The notes beneath the pieces are model-generated. The model did no database searches. It was not told the DNA's origin and worked only from the letters and a program-made list of their open reading frames with translations. Shown one piece after another: positions 42,545-51,474 of a stretch of DNA of 64,000 nucleotides; positions within the stretch are counted from its first letter, which is position 1; each line of letters opens with the position of its first letter. The position numbers were made by a program, and so were the translations under genes. The stretch comes from a virus (Duplodnaviria; Caudoviricetes). The DNA is taken from positions 1 through 64,000 of IMG/VR virus record IMGVR_UViG_3300028585_000020. One strand, 5' to 3'.

Positions 42545-43041
42545 ATTTAAAAAATAGACTTTTTCTTACGCTTGTCCCTGTCACTCTTATTGCCAGTATT
42601 GGTGTGTACGAGAGTGGTGGAAAGGAGGCTGTTAAGACTCCTTATAAGGACATTGTAGGTGTGCTTACAGTTTGCCACGGGTATACAGGCAAGGACATTA
42701 TTGTCGGTAAAAAGTACACTGAGAAAGAGTGTAACGAACTGACTTTGAAAGAAATCAACAAACACGGCAAGGGTGTTCTTGAATGTATTGACGTCCAGAT
42801 TAGCCAGAAGGAATACGAAGCTTATACAAGTCTTGCTTACAACATTGGCGTTTCAAATTTTTGCCGTAGCAACATTGTAAAGACGCTGAACAGTGGTAAT
42901 CACGCTTTAGCTTGCAAGGGTATCTATCAGCATCCTAATGGGAAGCCTGCTTGGAGCAACGCTGGTGGTAAGTATGTGCAAGGCTTGCAAAATCGCCGTT
43001 ACAGCGAATACAAGACCTGCATGGGAGGGCTTTCTAAATGA
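42541..43041 (+). CDS. SAR endolysin (GH24 lysozyme)
   Basis: Weakly hydrophobic N-terminal anchor after KNR; YES...PYKD..GVLTVCHG.TG; AYTSLAYNIG; GLQNRR. Confidence 0.9.
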   Translation: MNLKNRLFLTLVPVTLIASIGVYESGGKEAVKTPYKDIVGVLTVCHGYTGKDIIVGKKYTEKECNELTLKEINKHGKGVLECIDVQISQKEYEAYTSLAYNIGVSNFCRSNIVKTLNSGNHALACKGIYQHPNGKPAWSNAGGKYVQGLQNRRYSEYKTCMGGLSK

Positions 43042-43370
43042 AGACCGTCACAAGCAAGATTCTGGCATTCGTTGTCGTTGTGCTCATCACTGGCGGCATT
43101 CTCGGGTACGTGCACTACCGTGGAGTTATTAGCGAACGTGATCGCAACGAGAAAGCTGCTGCCGAGCAATATCGGGAGTTGACGGTCAAGTATAACACAG
43201 TCAATACCAAATACACAACCTTGCGCGCAAAGAAGAGTGAGAAGCGTCAAGACGACATCATTAGAGAGGATAAAATCATCAATGAAAATCGTGACTATTA
43301 TGCTGGCGATTGCTTTGACAGCATCGGGTTGCAGCACATTCAAAAATCCCAAGCCCCCGCTGCCAAGTAA
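43038..43370 (+). CDS. i-spanin (Rz-like)
   Basis: N-terminal TM, coiled coil, C-terminal Cys. Confidence 0.8.
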   Translation: MKTVTSKILAFVVVVLITGGILGYVHYRGVISERDRNEKAAAEQYRELTVKYNTVNTKYTTLRAKKSEKRQDDIIREDKIINENRDYYAGDCFDSIGLQHIQKSQAPAAK

Positions 43371-43518
43371 TCTGCTTCAGAAGTGCTCTGATGTGATTCT
43401 GCTGCAAGCTGGTGACAGGGCATCCGTGATGAAGAACATCACAGCCAATGCGTTTAATCAGCAGGAATGTGTTGACCGTCACAGCGCACTTGTGGAAGCT
43501 GTGACACAGAAGCCTTGA
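43282..43518 (+). CDS. o-spanin (Rz1-like lipoprotein)
   Basis: Lipobox LTASG-C, Pro-rich segment, overlaps i-spanin in another frame. Confidence 0.85.
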   Translation: MKIVTIMLAIALTASGCSTFKNPKPPLPSNLLQKCSDVILLQAGDRASVMKNITANAFNQQECVDRHSALVEAVTQKP

Positions 43519-43545
43519 CAGAGAATGTCGAGAAGCTTCACAATA

Positions 43546-43580
43546 GAAAAAGAGAGGCGTCCCGGCAAGGACGCCTCTCT
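43546..43580 (-). terminator. intrinsic terminator at strand convergence
   Basis: 12-bp stem AGAGAGGCGTCC/GGACGCCTCTCT; U tract on - strand. Confidence 0.8.
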
Positions 43581-43653
43581 CTCGATCATGCTTGGTAGGT
43601 GTGAACTAGCCCGCTAGTCTCTTGGTGAAAGCCTTGAGGTTAGTGGGCTTCTT

Positions 43654-43953
43654 TTATGCGGCCTTGAGTTTCTGGACGTGCTCGACAAAGCCGATAGCTT
43701 CGTAGTAGGACAAGGTGGCCTCTGCCATTCGACGTACAGGTGCAACGATTTGCGAGAACGTAATGCACTTGCTGATGGAAGTTTTTTCGTAGATAGTCTT
43801 CACGCCATCGACTGCTACGTAAATCTTTGACGTTGGCGACCCTGCACACTGCGGATTATTTTCTGCGCGCTTCACTTCCTCGGCAATCACTGGCAGCAGA
43901 CCTGCAAGGATTTCGCTGACGCTAAGTTCTGCTGCGTTGTTGATAGTGTTCAT
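43654..43953 (-). CDS. hypothetical protein
   Basis: 99 aa, AAGGA RBS, own promoter. Confidence 0.75.
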   Translation of the reverse strand: MNTINNAAELSVSEILAGLLPVIAEEVKRAENNPQCAGSPTSKIYVAVDGVKTIYEKTSISKCITFSQIVAPVRRMAEATLSYYEAIGFVEHVQKLKAA

Positions 43954-44009
43954 TACAGTGATTCCTTAATTAGTAGTTTTCGTGATGTCAGATATGTCCG
44001 ACAGAAGCT

Positions 44010-44038
44010 AGTGTAGGGCTGTTCAAATAGACAGTCAA
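44010..44038 (-). promoter_or_regulatory. sigma70-like promoter
   Basis: TTGACT, 17 nt, TACACT. Confidence 0.65.
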
Positions 44039-44107
44039 TGCGATTTTGCCGATTTGCTCAAATACAACGTTTTGTCAATTGCCACACAGCACATTTAACA
44101 ATGATGC

Positions 44108-44371
44108 TTAATTGTCCACGGCATCGCACAGAGCCGCAAGGGTAGTTGCCTCATCAATCACTTCCTTAGTCTTGGCGGCAAAACGGCTCTTGATGAACTT
44201 GGTAATGATGCGCTTTTCGAGCTTAGTGTCCCGTACCGCTTCTTCAATCAGTTCTTTAAAGTCCTCTTTGTTGCTTTCAATTTCCGAGAGTACTGCAATA
44301 CCGCGTTGCAGGAAACGGGTCAGGTCGTCCGATTGGAAGGTGGCATTATCAATAGTGTAGGTCTTGGTCAT
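44108..44371 (-). CDS. T4 DsbA-like dsDNA-binding protein
   Basis: 87 aa helical; DL..F......L..I......KEL...A...T.L....I.K pattern resembles T4 DsbA. Confidence 0.6.
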   Translation of the reverse strand: MTKTYTIDNATFQSDDLTRFLQRGIAVLSEIESNKEDFKELIEEAVRDTKLEKRIITKFIKSRFAAKTKEVIDEATTLAALCDAVDN

Positions 44372-44386
44372 TATGTTTCTCCTTAG

Positions 44387-44995
44387 TTAATCAAAAATAT
44401 CTACTTCAAAATTATTAAGCGCATCTACGGCACGTTGTTCAATTTTACCTTGCCACTTGTTTGCTAAGAATTTAGCTACATATTCGCGTCTATCTTTGTA
44501 TACCAAAAATGCTTCTTCAGAGTGGTCAAAATATCCCAAATGCCGTTTTAGCCCACAACCGCTAGGGTAACACTCTGCACGAAATCTTCCCGTCCGTTTG
44601 AATAGGTTCACTCCTCTGGGATACGCACCTACAGCAGACGTGCTTCCTATTACAAACTGATTAATTTCTTTCGGTACAAATACGCAAGTATCTTCTGAAT
44701 ACAATTTATTTCCTTTTACAAGTAAATCCTTGTCTAATTGAAATACAGTATCATGAGAATAACCTATCTGATCTTGGCACCACTCAGCAAAAGCATTAAA
44801 ATTTGCGAATTTGTTTTCTGCGCCAATATAAGTTCCGTTGCGCCGTTGGTAACCCCCTTTCACATCTCCGCGTGATTCGATTGCATACCACAGTTTTCCA
44901 GATTTTGTATAAAACCGATCCTTACTATTACCTACAAATTTTAACCAGTTACCGTCTTCATCTTTGCAGTCTACTTTGTACGTGACGTTAGCCAC
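44387..44995 (-). CDS. HNH-type homing endonuclease with AP2-like C-terminus
   Basis: F..FAEWC...QLDKDLL.KGNK.YS..TC.FVP..IN...LG.F...EEAF..YK; GTG start after GGAGG (ORF track 45094). Confidence 0.85.
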   Translation of the reverse strand: MANVTYKVDCKDEDGNWLKFVGNSKDRFYTKSGKLWYAIESRGDVKGGYQRRNGTYIGAENKFANFNAFAEWCQDQIGYSHDTVFQLDKDLLVKGNKLYSEDTCVFVPKEINQFVIGSTSAVGAYPRGVNLFKRTGRFRAECYPSGCGLKRHLGYFDHSEEAFLVYKDRREYVAKFLANKWQGKIEQRAVDALNNFEVDIFD

Positions 44996-45212
44996 GTTTT
45001 GCCTCCCGTCGTTGTTTTCGTTCTTCTTGCAGCTTGCGCTTTTCGTTATTGCGAAAGCTTCCTGCGTACCCAGCATCCCAAAACTCTTGTCCATGCTTAA
45101 GCTTCTTAGAAGCTTTATTCATTTCTTTGCGACGTTCTCGGTAATCTTCGTAAGATTCGTTCATAGCTCTCTCGGGCGAATTGTTAAGGGGTTGCTCAGT
45201 TTGTTGTGTCAC
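44988..45212 (-). CDS. small basic hypothetical protein
   Basis: GTG start after AAGGAG; ES.E.Y..RRK motif. Confidence 0.75.
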   Translation of the reverse strand: MTQQTEQPLNNSPERAMNESYEDYRERRKEMNKASKKLKHGQEFWDAGYAGSFRNNEKRKLQEERKQRREAKRG

Positions 45213-45229
45213 TTTATCTCCTTAGTGGA

Positions 45230-45284
45230 GTTGACAAGAGACATCTTACGCATTGTTCAGTCTCTTGTCAACAGGTTTCTTACG
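45230..45284 (-). promoter_or_regulatory. sigma70-like promoter embedded in 13-bp inverted repeat
   Basis: TTGACA, 17 nt, TAAGAT; GTTGACAAGAGAC (45230-42) / GTCTCTTGTCAAC (45260-72). Confidence 0.8.
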
Positions 45285-45289
45285 ATTTC

Positions 45290-46246
45290 TTAATATTCCC
45301 ACTCGCCTGTGAGAGAGTCCTTGCTGTATGCCGTGATGGTCGTCTCAAAGAAGTTACCAAGAATGCCGTCGCCAGTAATCTCCTCGATAAACGGGAGAGG
45401 GTTTTTAGTGATGCCAAACTGTGGCTTGAAGCCCATCTGCTGCATGCGGTAGTCGCACACAAGACGGATGTAATCCTTCAGGTCTTGTTTATTAAGCTTC
45501 TTAGGCTGATGCACCGAATAACACAAGTCAATGAAGTCATCTTCTAGTTTAACAACTTTACGGGCCGTATCGTAGATAGCTCGTTTGAGTTCTTCTGTAA
45601 CAACGGAAGGGTTCTCTTCTACGAAGATTCGGAACAATTCCGACAGCCCTTCTACATGATAAGATTCTTCAATAATACTCCATTGATTCACACTCACCAT
45701 ACCGGGAAGTTCATTACTTCGTGAGTGGTCCAACAGCATGGCAAACGAGCCAAAAAGGTTGACACCCTCCATAAGAATCTGTTTGGCAAGATACTCAGCC
45801 TTGCCTTTGTTAGAGCGAAGATCAACAGATTCAATCATGAAATCATGTTTATCTTTCATTTCCTTAAACAACAAAAACTCTGTCATGAATTCTTCGCTGT
45901 CGTACCCAAGCGTGTCATTCAGCCGTTTGTACCCAAGCATATGGGTAGTCTCGCGGGAAGCAAATGACAGCAACATAATACGAGCATCAGCATTCTTAAA
46001 GATGGGCAGCAGTTTCTCAACGTACCCCGCACAAACGTCTGTGTCAGCTTGTGTGAACAGGCGCAGAATCATCTTGATATACGCTTTGGCAGAATCTGAA
46101 ATCGTACCGTCTTTCCATTGTACGACATCAACCGACATGTCAGCTTCTTCAGGATACCAGTGTGCTCGTTCGTGTTTGGCATACACTTCTTGTAGCTTGT
46201 GATATCGCGGTACAAAAATCTCAGTGGCTTCAGTAATTTTACTCAT
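45290..46246 (-). CDS. nrdB: ribonucleotide reductase class I beta subunit
   Basis: W.PEE..M..D, E..H...Y radical site, EGV.LF.SF, EE..H di-metal ligands. Confidence 0.96.
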   Translation of the reverse strand: MSKITEATEIFVPRYHKLQEVYAKHERAHWYPEEADMSVDVVQWKDGTISDSAKAYIKMILRLFTQADTDVCAGYVEKLLPIFKNADARIMLLSFASRETTHMLGYKRLNDTLGYDSEEFMTEFLLFKEMKDKHDFMIESVDLRSNKGKAEYLAKQILMEGVNLFGSFAMLLDHSRSNELPGMVSVNQWSIIEESYHVEGLSELFRIFVEENPSVVTEELKRAIYDTARKVVKLEDDFIDLCYSVHQPKKLNKQDLKDYIRLVCDYRMQQMGFKPQFGITKNPLPFIEEITGDGILGNFFETTITAYSKDSLTGEWEY

Positions 46247-46808
46247 CTACTCCCCTCCCGTGGCGTTCTGTGTAACCCACATTGTTAATACGAATCATAC
46301 CTTCTCTCATCTCTTCAGCAAGCCGTCTTGCATCATTACCATACTTGTTCACTGAAAAAGATTTGCTTCTACGATTACCTTCTGAATCCTGCCACTGTGC
46401 CACCCATTTATCATAGCCATTTTGTGACTTAAAATACACGCCAGTACAACCAGATTTGTTCGACTTATATTTCTTGGCATTTCTACTGTTGACAAATTGT
46501 GTTACCAACCGAAGGTTGTCTATTTTGTTGTTTGCAGAATTTCCGTCTTCATGGTCCACAACAAAACCTTCAGGAATCTCCCCATGAAACATTTGCCAGA
46601 TTACTTTATGACACAAATATTTAACTTTGTTGTATTGGAACTTGAAATAAAAACCACCACGAGAGTTTCCTGAGTAGCTTCCAGCAGTTTGCCCCTCTCT
46701 GATTTTCCTGATTTGATAATTCAGTCCGCTAAAAATATCACAATTCCAGACAAGCCCCGAAGGGCTTTCTTCATCGTACCTCAAGATATCAAAATCTACC
46801 CACTGCAT
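46239..46808 (-). CDS. HNH-AP2 homing endonuclease between nrdA and nrdB
   Basis: HKVIW..FHGEIP...VDH.DGN..NN.I.NLRLVT...N..N; SG.TGV...W.A.W...K.FSV.KYG; GGAGG RBS. Confidence 0.9.
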   Translation of the reverse strand: MQWVDFDILRYDEESPSGLVWNCDIFSGLNYQIRKIREGQTAGSYSGNSRGGFYFKFQYNKVKYLCHKVIWQMFHGEIPEGFVVDHEDGNSANNKIDNLRLVTQFVNSRNAKKYKSNKSGCTGVYFKSQNGYDKWVAQWQDSEGNRRSKSFSVNKYGNDARRLAEEMREGMIRINNVGYTERHGRGVDE

Positions 46809-48637
46809 GATACGCACTCCTCCCCGGTCCAATCTATGAGTGCTCGCCTCTCTATAGCTTTTGCGTTATCAGGGACGCCTTCACGTTCACCGCGATAGTA
46901 ATACATCGTTGTCACATTTGAACTCTTAAGGAACTTAAGGTGTACCGAATTAACATACTTACGACTACTGCCAAACGGGAAGAACACATTCAGACTTTGG
47001 CTTTGGAAACCAGCGCCGAGTGCAGCAGCACGGGCGTCTGCTTGTTCAATAACCCAATGCATGTCCAGTTCCATTGCACAAGCAAACACATTCTTTTCAT
47101 GCCCATTCAAACAATCTAGCTCTGCGACACTCCCATCCTTAGACAGAATGAAATCCCAAGTTGCATCATCATCTCTCCCATAGCCTTGAAGAACTTTTTG
47201 AAGGTGCCTGTTCTTCACACGGAAGTTACCTGCCCTAGTGCTCTTTAAGAAGATATTGCGGAAGTACGGCTCGATGCTTGGCGAAGTGTCCAACAAATCT
47301 GCACTGTTAGCGTTCGGTGCGATTGCGGTGACACGACTATTTCGCAGTCCAGTGCCTTTCATATCTTCTGGTTCACCACGCTCGACAGCAAGTTGGCGGC
47401 TGGAAGCTTCTGCCCGCTGAGCAATCAAGCTGTTTACCTTGTGAACATGCTGCATAGCGCTGTTAAAACCGCCACTCTCAAATGCAATGCTCTTGCTTTG
47501 CAGATAGCCGTGCCAGCCCAAAGTCCCCATCCCAACAGCACGTTCACGTTTAGCAGAATAGACGGCTTTGCTCAAACTTAGTGGTGCATTGTCAATGAAA
47601 CTTTGTAGCACATTATCCAAGAATCGCACAAGGTCTTCGACAATGTTTGTGTCTTTCCATTCTTCAAACTTTTCTAAATTCAGGCTACTCAGACAGCAGA
47701 CAAAAGTTCGATCCTCGTCCGTTGGCAGAGTAATCTCAGAGCACAAATTTGAACCCTTAATCTGCAAACCTAGGGCTTTCTGAGTTTCAGGCATCAGGCG
47801 ATTAGCTAGGTCGATCTTCATCAGATAGGGTTCACCTGTCAGAGCACGAGTCTCCAGAATCTCTTCCCATACTTTACGTGCGTCAAGCGTCTCGCGCACT
47901 TCACCACTATGTGGGCACATAAGATCGTAAGTCGTACCATTCAGCACAGCCTCAATAAACTTGTCCGTAAGATTTACGGCATTGTGAAACTGCTGCCGAT
48001 TGTCACTACGGCGCTTGCTGTCGCCACCCGGCTTGCGGAAACGGATGTGCTCAATAATATCAGGATGATCCACACGTTGATAAGCTGCCACAGCGCCCTT
48101 ACGAGTCTTGCCTTGACGGTAGTAACCAATCGCACTGTCCATAACTTTCATGTACGGAATCGGACCCGGAGCTTTGCCACCGACTGCGCGAATGCTCATG
48201 TGTGCACCAGTTCCACCTCCAGCCAACGACAGGTCAGCCAGTTCCGCCATCACTTGAACTTGACCTTTAGTGGTATCAGGTACATCGAAAGCGAAGCAAC
48301 TAATAGGCTGGCCTTGAGACTTCTCTTCAGGGTAGAACAAACTATCCATCCAAGGTTCTACAAAATCAAGCTCAGGATGCTTCTTCCAAGTTCCTTTCAT
48401 TGCATTACTCAGTACAGGACTAGCGTACATGAACCAACCTTCGTACACATAGTCGTAAATACGCTGAGCAAGCTCCATGTCACCATAAGAAAAAGCTACA
48501 GCCGGTCGAGCCAGAGCTTCCGAAATACTCTCATCGTCACGCTTGTAGAACCCATCCAGTAGAGTACGAGAGAATTCTGTAATGTATTTCGGATCACTCT
48601 CGTTAATTAAGATTCCCTTGTATTCTTTTTTATTCAT
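46796..48637 (-). CDS. nrdA: ribonucleotide reductase class I alpha subunit (no ATP cone)
   Basis: ISCF, GSNLCSE, CCLSS, IAPNA, TMYYYR, C-terminal CxxC. Confidence 0.96.
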   Translation of the reverse strand: MNKKEYKGILINESDPKYITEFSRTLLDGFYKRDDESISEALARPAVAFSYGDMELAQRIYDYVYEGWFMYASPVLSNAMKGTWKKHPELDFVEPWMDSLFYPEEKSQGQPISCFAFDVPDTTKGQVQVMAELADLSLAGGGTGAHMSIRAVGGKAPGPIPYMKVMDSAIGYYRQGKTRKGAVAAYQRVDHPDIIEHIRFRKPGGDSKRRSDNRQQFHNAVNLTDKFIEAVLNGTTYDLMCPHSGEVRETLDARKVWEEILETRALTGEPYLMKIDLANRLMPETQKALGLQIKGSNLCSEITLPTDEDRTFVCCLSSLNLEKFEEWKDTNIVEDLVRFLDNVLQSFIDNAPLSLSKAVYSAKRERAVGMGTLGWHGYLQSKSIAFESGGFNSAMQHVHKVNSLIAQRAEASSRQLAVERGEPEDMKGTGLRNSRVTAIAPNANSADLLDTSPSIEPYFRNIFLKSTRAGNFRVKNRHLQKVLQGYGRDDDATWDFILSKDGSVAELDCLNGHEKNVFACAMELDMHWVIEQADARAAALGAGFQSQSLNVFFPFGSSRKYVNSVHLKFLKSSNVTTMYYYRGEREGVPDNAKAIERRALIDWTGEECVSCSG

Positions 48638-49209
48638 TATACTCCTTCTACAATTTTTCGCTGTTTCTTTCGACGTGGCTTAGGGATCACTTCCGGCACT
48701 TTATAATCATACGGTGTTTTGAATGACCCGTCAAGCTTAAATTGCGTTCCCCGTACATGCAACAACACATCTTCTAGCATCTTAATCTCAGCAAGAATTC
48801 GTTGCTCTTCCATCTTGTCTTCATCTTCGTCCCGCACAGGTACGTTGTCATCAAGACTGGAAGACAGGCCGTAGTCGTGACAACGAGAACCTAGCGAGTG
48901 CAGTTCTTCAAACAAGCTGCGGTCTTTCATGCCACTAACAATCTTACGATCTTCAAAGCTTCCGAACGGGCCAGTAAGAATCTTACGATCTTGGTTAATC
49001 TCGCCTGCAATGAGAAAGTTGATGACCACTTGCCCTTGCAGATTCCTGTGCTGGTATGCCCGGTATTCCATTGGTGCGTTGATGTCGAAGCCTAGGATTG
49101 CCAGTTGGCTATTCACCAAGTCATCATTGTTGGGGTGGATCATCTCGACATAATTCAGATGGGACAGAACGTCGATTAATTTAAGATCAGTAACACTTAC
49201 AGTCTTCAT
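48637..49209 (-). CDS. hypothetical protein
   Basis: 190-aa ORF coupled to nrdA. Confidence 0.8.
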   Translation of the reverse strand: MKTVSVTDLKLIDVLSHLNYVEMIHPNNDDLVNSQLAILGFDINAPMEYRAYQHRNLQGQVVINFLIAGEINQDRKILTGPFGSFEDRKIVSGMKDRSLFEELHSLGSRCHDYGLSSSLDDNVPVRDEDEDKMEEQRILAEIKMLEDVLLHVRGTQFKLDGSFKTPYDYKVPEVIPKPRRKKQRKIVEGV

Positions 49210-49922
49210 GTGGCCTCCACTTCAATAGTTTTCGCTTCTTCATATTCTTGTGGACGAGTGTATCCACGAAACTGCATTTCCATATCTTCCCGTTTTGCTA
49301 CAGCCTCCTCGAAAGTGTCAAATGCACCTCCGTAGTATTTCTTATACTTATACCTTATCGAAGCAACCCATTTACGTGTAGACTTTCTAAATATAACACC
49401 TGTCCTACCTGATGTGTTACTACAATGTTGTCGTCTATTGATAGCTTGATCCTGCGCGGTTGCCCATACGCAATTAGACGGGTGATATCCATCGTTCGTA
49501 TCCCTCCTCTCTAGAGACATACCTTCTGGTCTGGCCCCCATATCTTTAAAGAAAGTCGAGAAATCTTTCCACTCTTCACAGTAGTTGATCCCCCTCTCGC
49601 CATAATGCTTGTAGGATTTGTTTTCAGGATTGTTGCAACGTTCTTTCATTGCACACCAACTTCTAAATTCCGAACTCTTTGACATACCATGCGTTGTAAA
49701 CATCCCCACCACTGTTTCTGTTCGCGCACAGCCGCAAGATTTTGAAGTGCCCGATGTAAGGTTGTATTTCCACACATCTACCTCTCTACCACAATCGCAG
49801 ATGCATGTGTAATTGATTGCGGTTTTTCCTGTGGCGTTTGTTGTGTTGGCACCTCTACATTTTACAACCCACTTACCAAATCTAGTCCCAGCCTCGATAG
49901 GTGTTTTCTCTGCACTAGGCAT
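49206..49922 (-). CDS. HNH-AP2 homing endonuclease
   Basis: C.CDCG...L.SG.SKSCGC, THGMS...W..MK.RC.N...Y..YG.RGI, SL.R.D...Y.P.NC.WA; AP2 KW.A.I. Confidence 0.9.
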   Translation of the reverse strand: MPSAEKTPIEAGTRFGKWVVKCRGANTTNATGKTAINYTCICDCGREVDVWKYNLTSGTSKSCGCARTETVVGMFTTHGMSKSSEFRSWCAMKERCNNPENKSYKHYGERGINYCEEWKDFSTFFKDMGARPEGMSLERRDTNDGYHPSNCVWATAQDQAINRRQHCSNTSGRTGVIFRKSTRKWVASIRYKYKKYYGGAFDTFEEAVAKREDMEMQFRGYTRPQEYEEAKTIEVEAT

Positions 49923-50293
49923 CAGTACGCCTTCCCGCCGTCAGCTTCACGATTCTCTTTCTTGTGGTCAGGGCGGATAGCGTTGAAAGCAAGCTTCTCT
50001 TCCACTGCACCTCCCAAATCCATCCCATAAGCCCCTGCCAAATCGCAGATACGAATCAGTGCATCAGCAAGCTCAACTTCACGCATATCACGATGTGGCA
50101 GCTTGTCATCTTTAAGATTCTTGCGATCACCTTCCATCGCCTCTGCAACCTCTGAAACAATCAACATCAGCTTTTGCGAGAAGCACATCGGGTTGTCGCG
50201 AGTGTCACCATTCTTATTCGCCCACCAACCCGCATTGAAAGAGGCATCATGGCAAACTTTAACTGCGCTATTGATTTCTTTTTTAATACCCAT
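49922..50293 (-). CDS. MazG-like NTP pyrophosphohydrolase
   Basis: LIVSEVAEAMEG.RK...EVELAD.LIRI.DLAG. Confidence 0.88.
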   Translation of the reverse strand: MGIKKEINSAVKVCHDASFNAGWWANKNGDTRDNPMCFSQKLMLIVSEVAEAMEGDRKNLKDDKLPHRDMREVELADALIRICDLAGAYGMDLGGAVEEKLAFNAIRPDHKKENREADGGKAY

Positions 50294-50344
50294 ATTATTA
50301 TTCCTTCCGATTTTCTACCAATTTAACTAACAACATAATCAGGC

Positions 50345-50380
50345 AAAAGAAGCCTGCGATGTCCGTGATGTTCACAGGCT
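50345..50380 (-). terminator. intrinsic terminator
   Basis: AGCCTG...CAGGCT stem then TCTTTT on - strand. Confidence 0.65.
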
Positions 50381-51241
50381 CATAGCCTCCAAGATTGGAA
50401 CACCGTCGATAATCAAACAAGTCCCAATGATAGGCCGCTTAAGATTTGTGTTATTGTATGCGAACGCATAATTCTTATCATCAATCAAACACCCACCATT
50501 CATCGCCCAGAACAATCCATTCGGGTTAGCCCAATACTTGACCCCAAAGCTTTCATGGAAGTGTCCGCACACATGACTCATCGACATTGCTTGACTGGTC
50601 TTGATAGCGTCACTGCTCTTGCCGTGGTGGATATAAACTCGCTGACCATCTGGCAGAGTGATAGTAAGTTCGTTGTGCCACTTCCACCCTTCACCAACTC
50701 CCAACACTTCATTATAGCTGCGAATATATCGACGTGGCAGACCATGATGCTTTGCTTTGCGATAAACCATCGAGCCGTGGTTAGAATCAATAATATCCAT
50801 CTCAGGGAACAATGCCTCAAGCTCCGCAATCACTGGAAGGCTTGCTGCAAGTTCGTCCCCAGCACTCATCAAATCGGGGTCACTGTCATGGAACGACAGA
50901 GCGTGCTTGTCAAGTTCATCGCCCAGACAGATGATTCGAGTGGGTTGGTAACGCTCTTTCAAACTCTTCAAGAACGGAATAGTGTTCGGATGATGATAAG
51001 GAATGTGCATGTCCGAAATAAACAGAATCCGGCTATTATCATGCAGAGGCTTCACAACCTCCACTTCATTAAGCTCTGCGACAATCCCATCTTCGACATC
51101 TGACATTGCCTTATAATAAGCCCTCAGATAATCCAGACAAGTGCTACGAGCCACACCGAGAAATTCTGCAATCTCCCTCCGGCTCATAACGCCAGTGTTT
51201 GCAAGTTTAACCGCTTCGACGCGCCAATCTTTTACAATCAT
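50372..51241 (-). CDS. calcineurin-like metallophosphoesterase with N-terminal HTH
   Basis: SRREIAEFLGVARST HTH; SDMH, LGDELD, SNHG, HG, GHFH. Confidence 0.9.
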   Translation of the reverse strand: MIVKDWRVEAVKLANTGVMSRREIAEFLGVARSTCLDYLRAYYKAMSDVEDGIVAELNEVEVVKPLHDNSRILFISDMHIPYHHPNTIPFLKSLKERYQPTRIICLGDELDKHALSFHDSDPDLMSAGDELAASLPVIAELEALFPEMDIIDSNHGSMVYRKAKHHGLPRRYIRSYNEVLGVGEGWKWHNELTITLPDGQRVYIHHGKSSDAIKTSQAMSMSHVCGHFHESFGVKYWANPNGLFWAMNGGCLIDDKNYAFAYNNTNLKRPIIGTCLIIDGVPILEAMSL

Positions 51242-51474
51242 TTAGTCCCCTCAGTAATAATCACAGTAGTTGGCGTAACAACAGGTGCAGCCCCTTGCTC
51301 GTCCCACTTCTTGACAATAGAGAGCGCCCCGTTCAAACTCTCCTTCACAGCATTATCCTTAGCTGCCGCCTGCTGCCTTACTAGCACTAGCTCAAGCAAA
51401 TTGGCAATCTTCTCGACAGCAACCATAATGCGGTCGAAATACTCTAAATCTGTTGCAGGTTTACTGTTAGGCAT
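51238..51474 (-). CDS. hypothetical protein
   Basis: 78-aa coupled ORF. Confidence 0.7.
   Translation of the reverse strand: MPNSKPATDLEYFDRIMVAVEKIANLLELVLVRQQAAAKDNAVKESLNGALSIVKKWDEQGAAPVVTPTTVIITEGTK

Noticed and set aside
42541-43041. Atypical E-D spacing in the lysozyme triad
   Set aside because: Short insertion after ES is within normal GH24 variation; D-x5-T is intact
43515-43544. Promoter TTGACA-18-CACAAT after the o-spanin producing antisense RNA
   Set aside because: Suboptimal spacing and -10; TTGACA overlaps the stop codon and may be coincidental
46239-46808. Group I intron or intein in nrdA/nrdB, terL or polA
   Set aside because: All these genes are continuous ORFs of normal length; endonucleases are free-standing
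46796-48637. NrdA lacking ATP cone
   Set aside because: Common in phage RNRs; not novel
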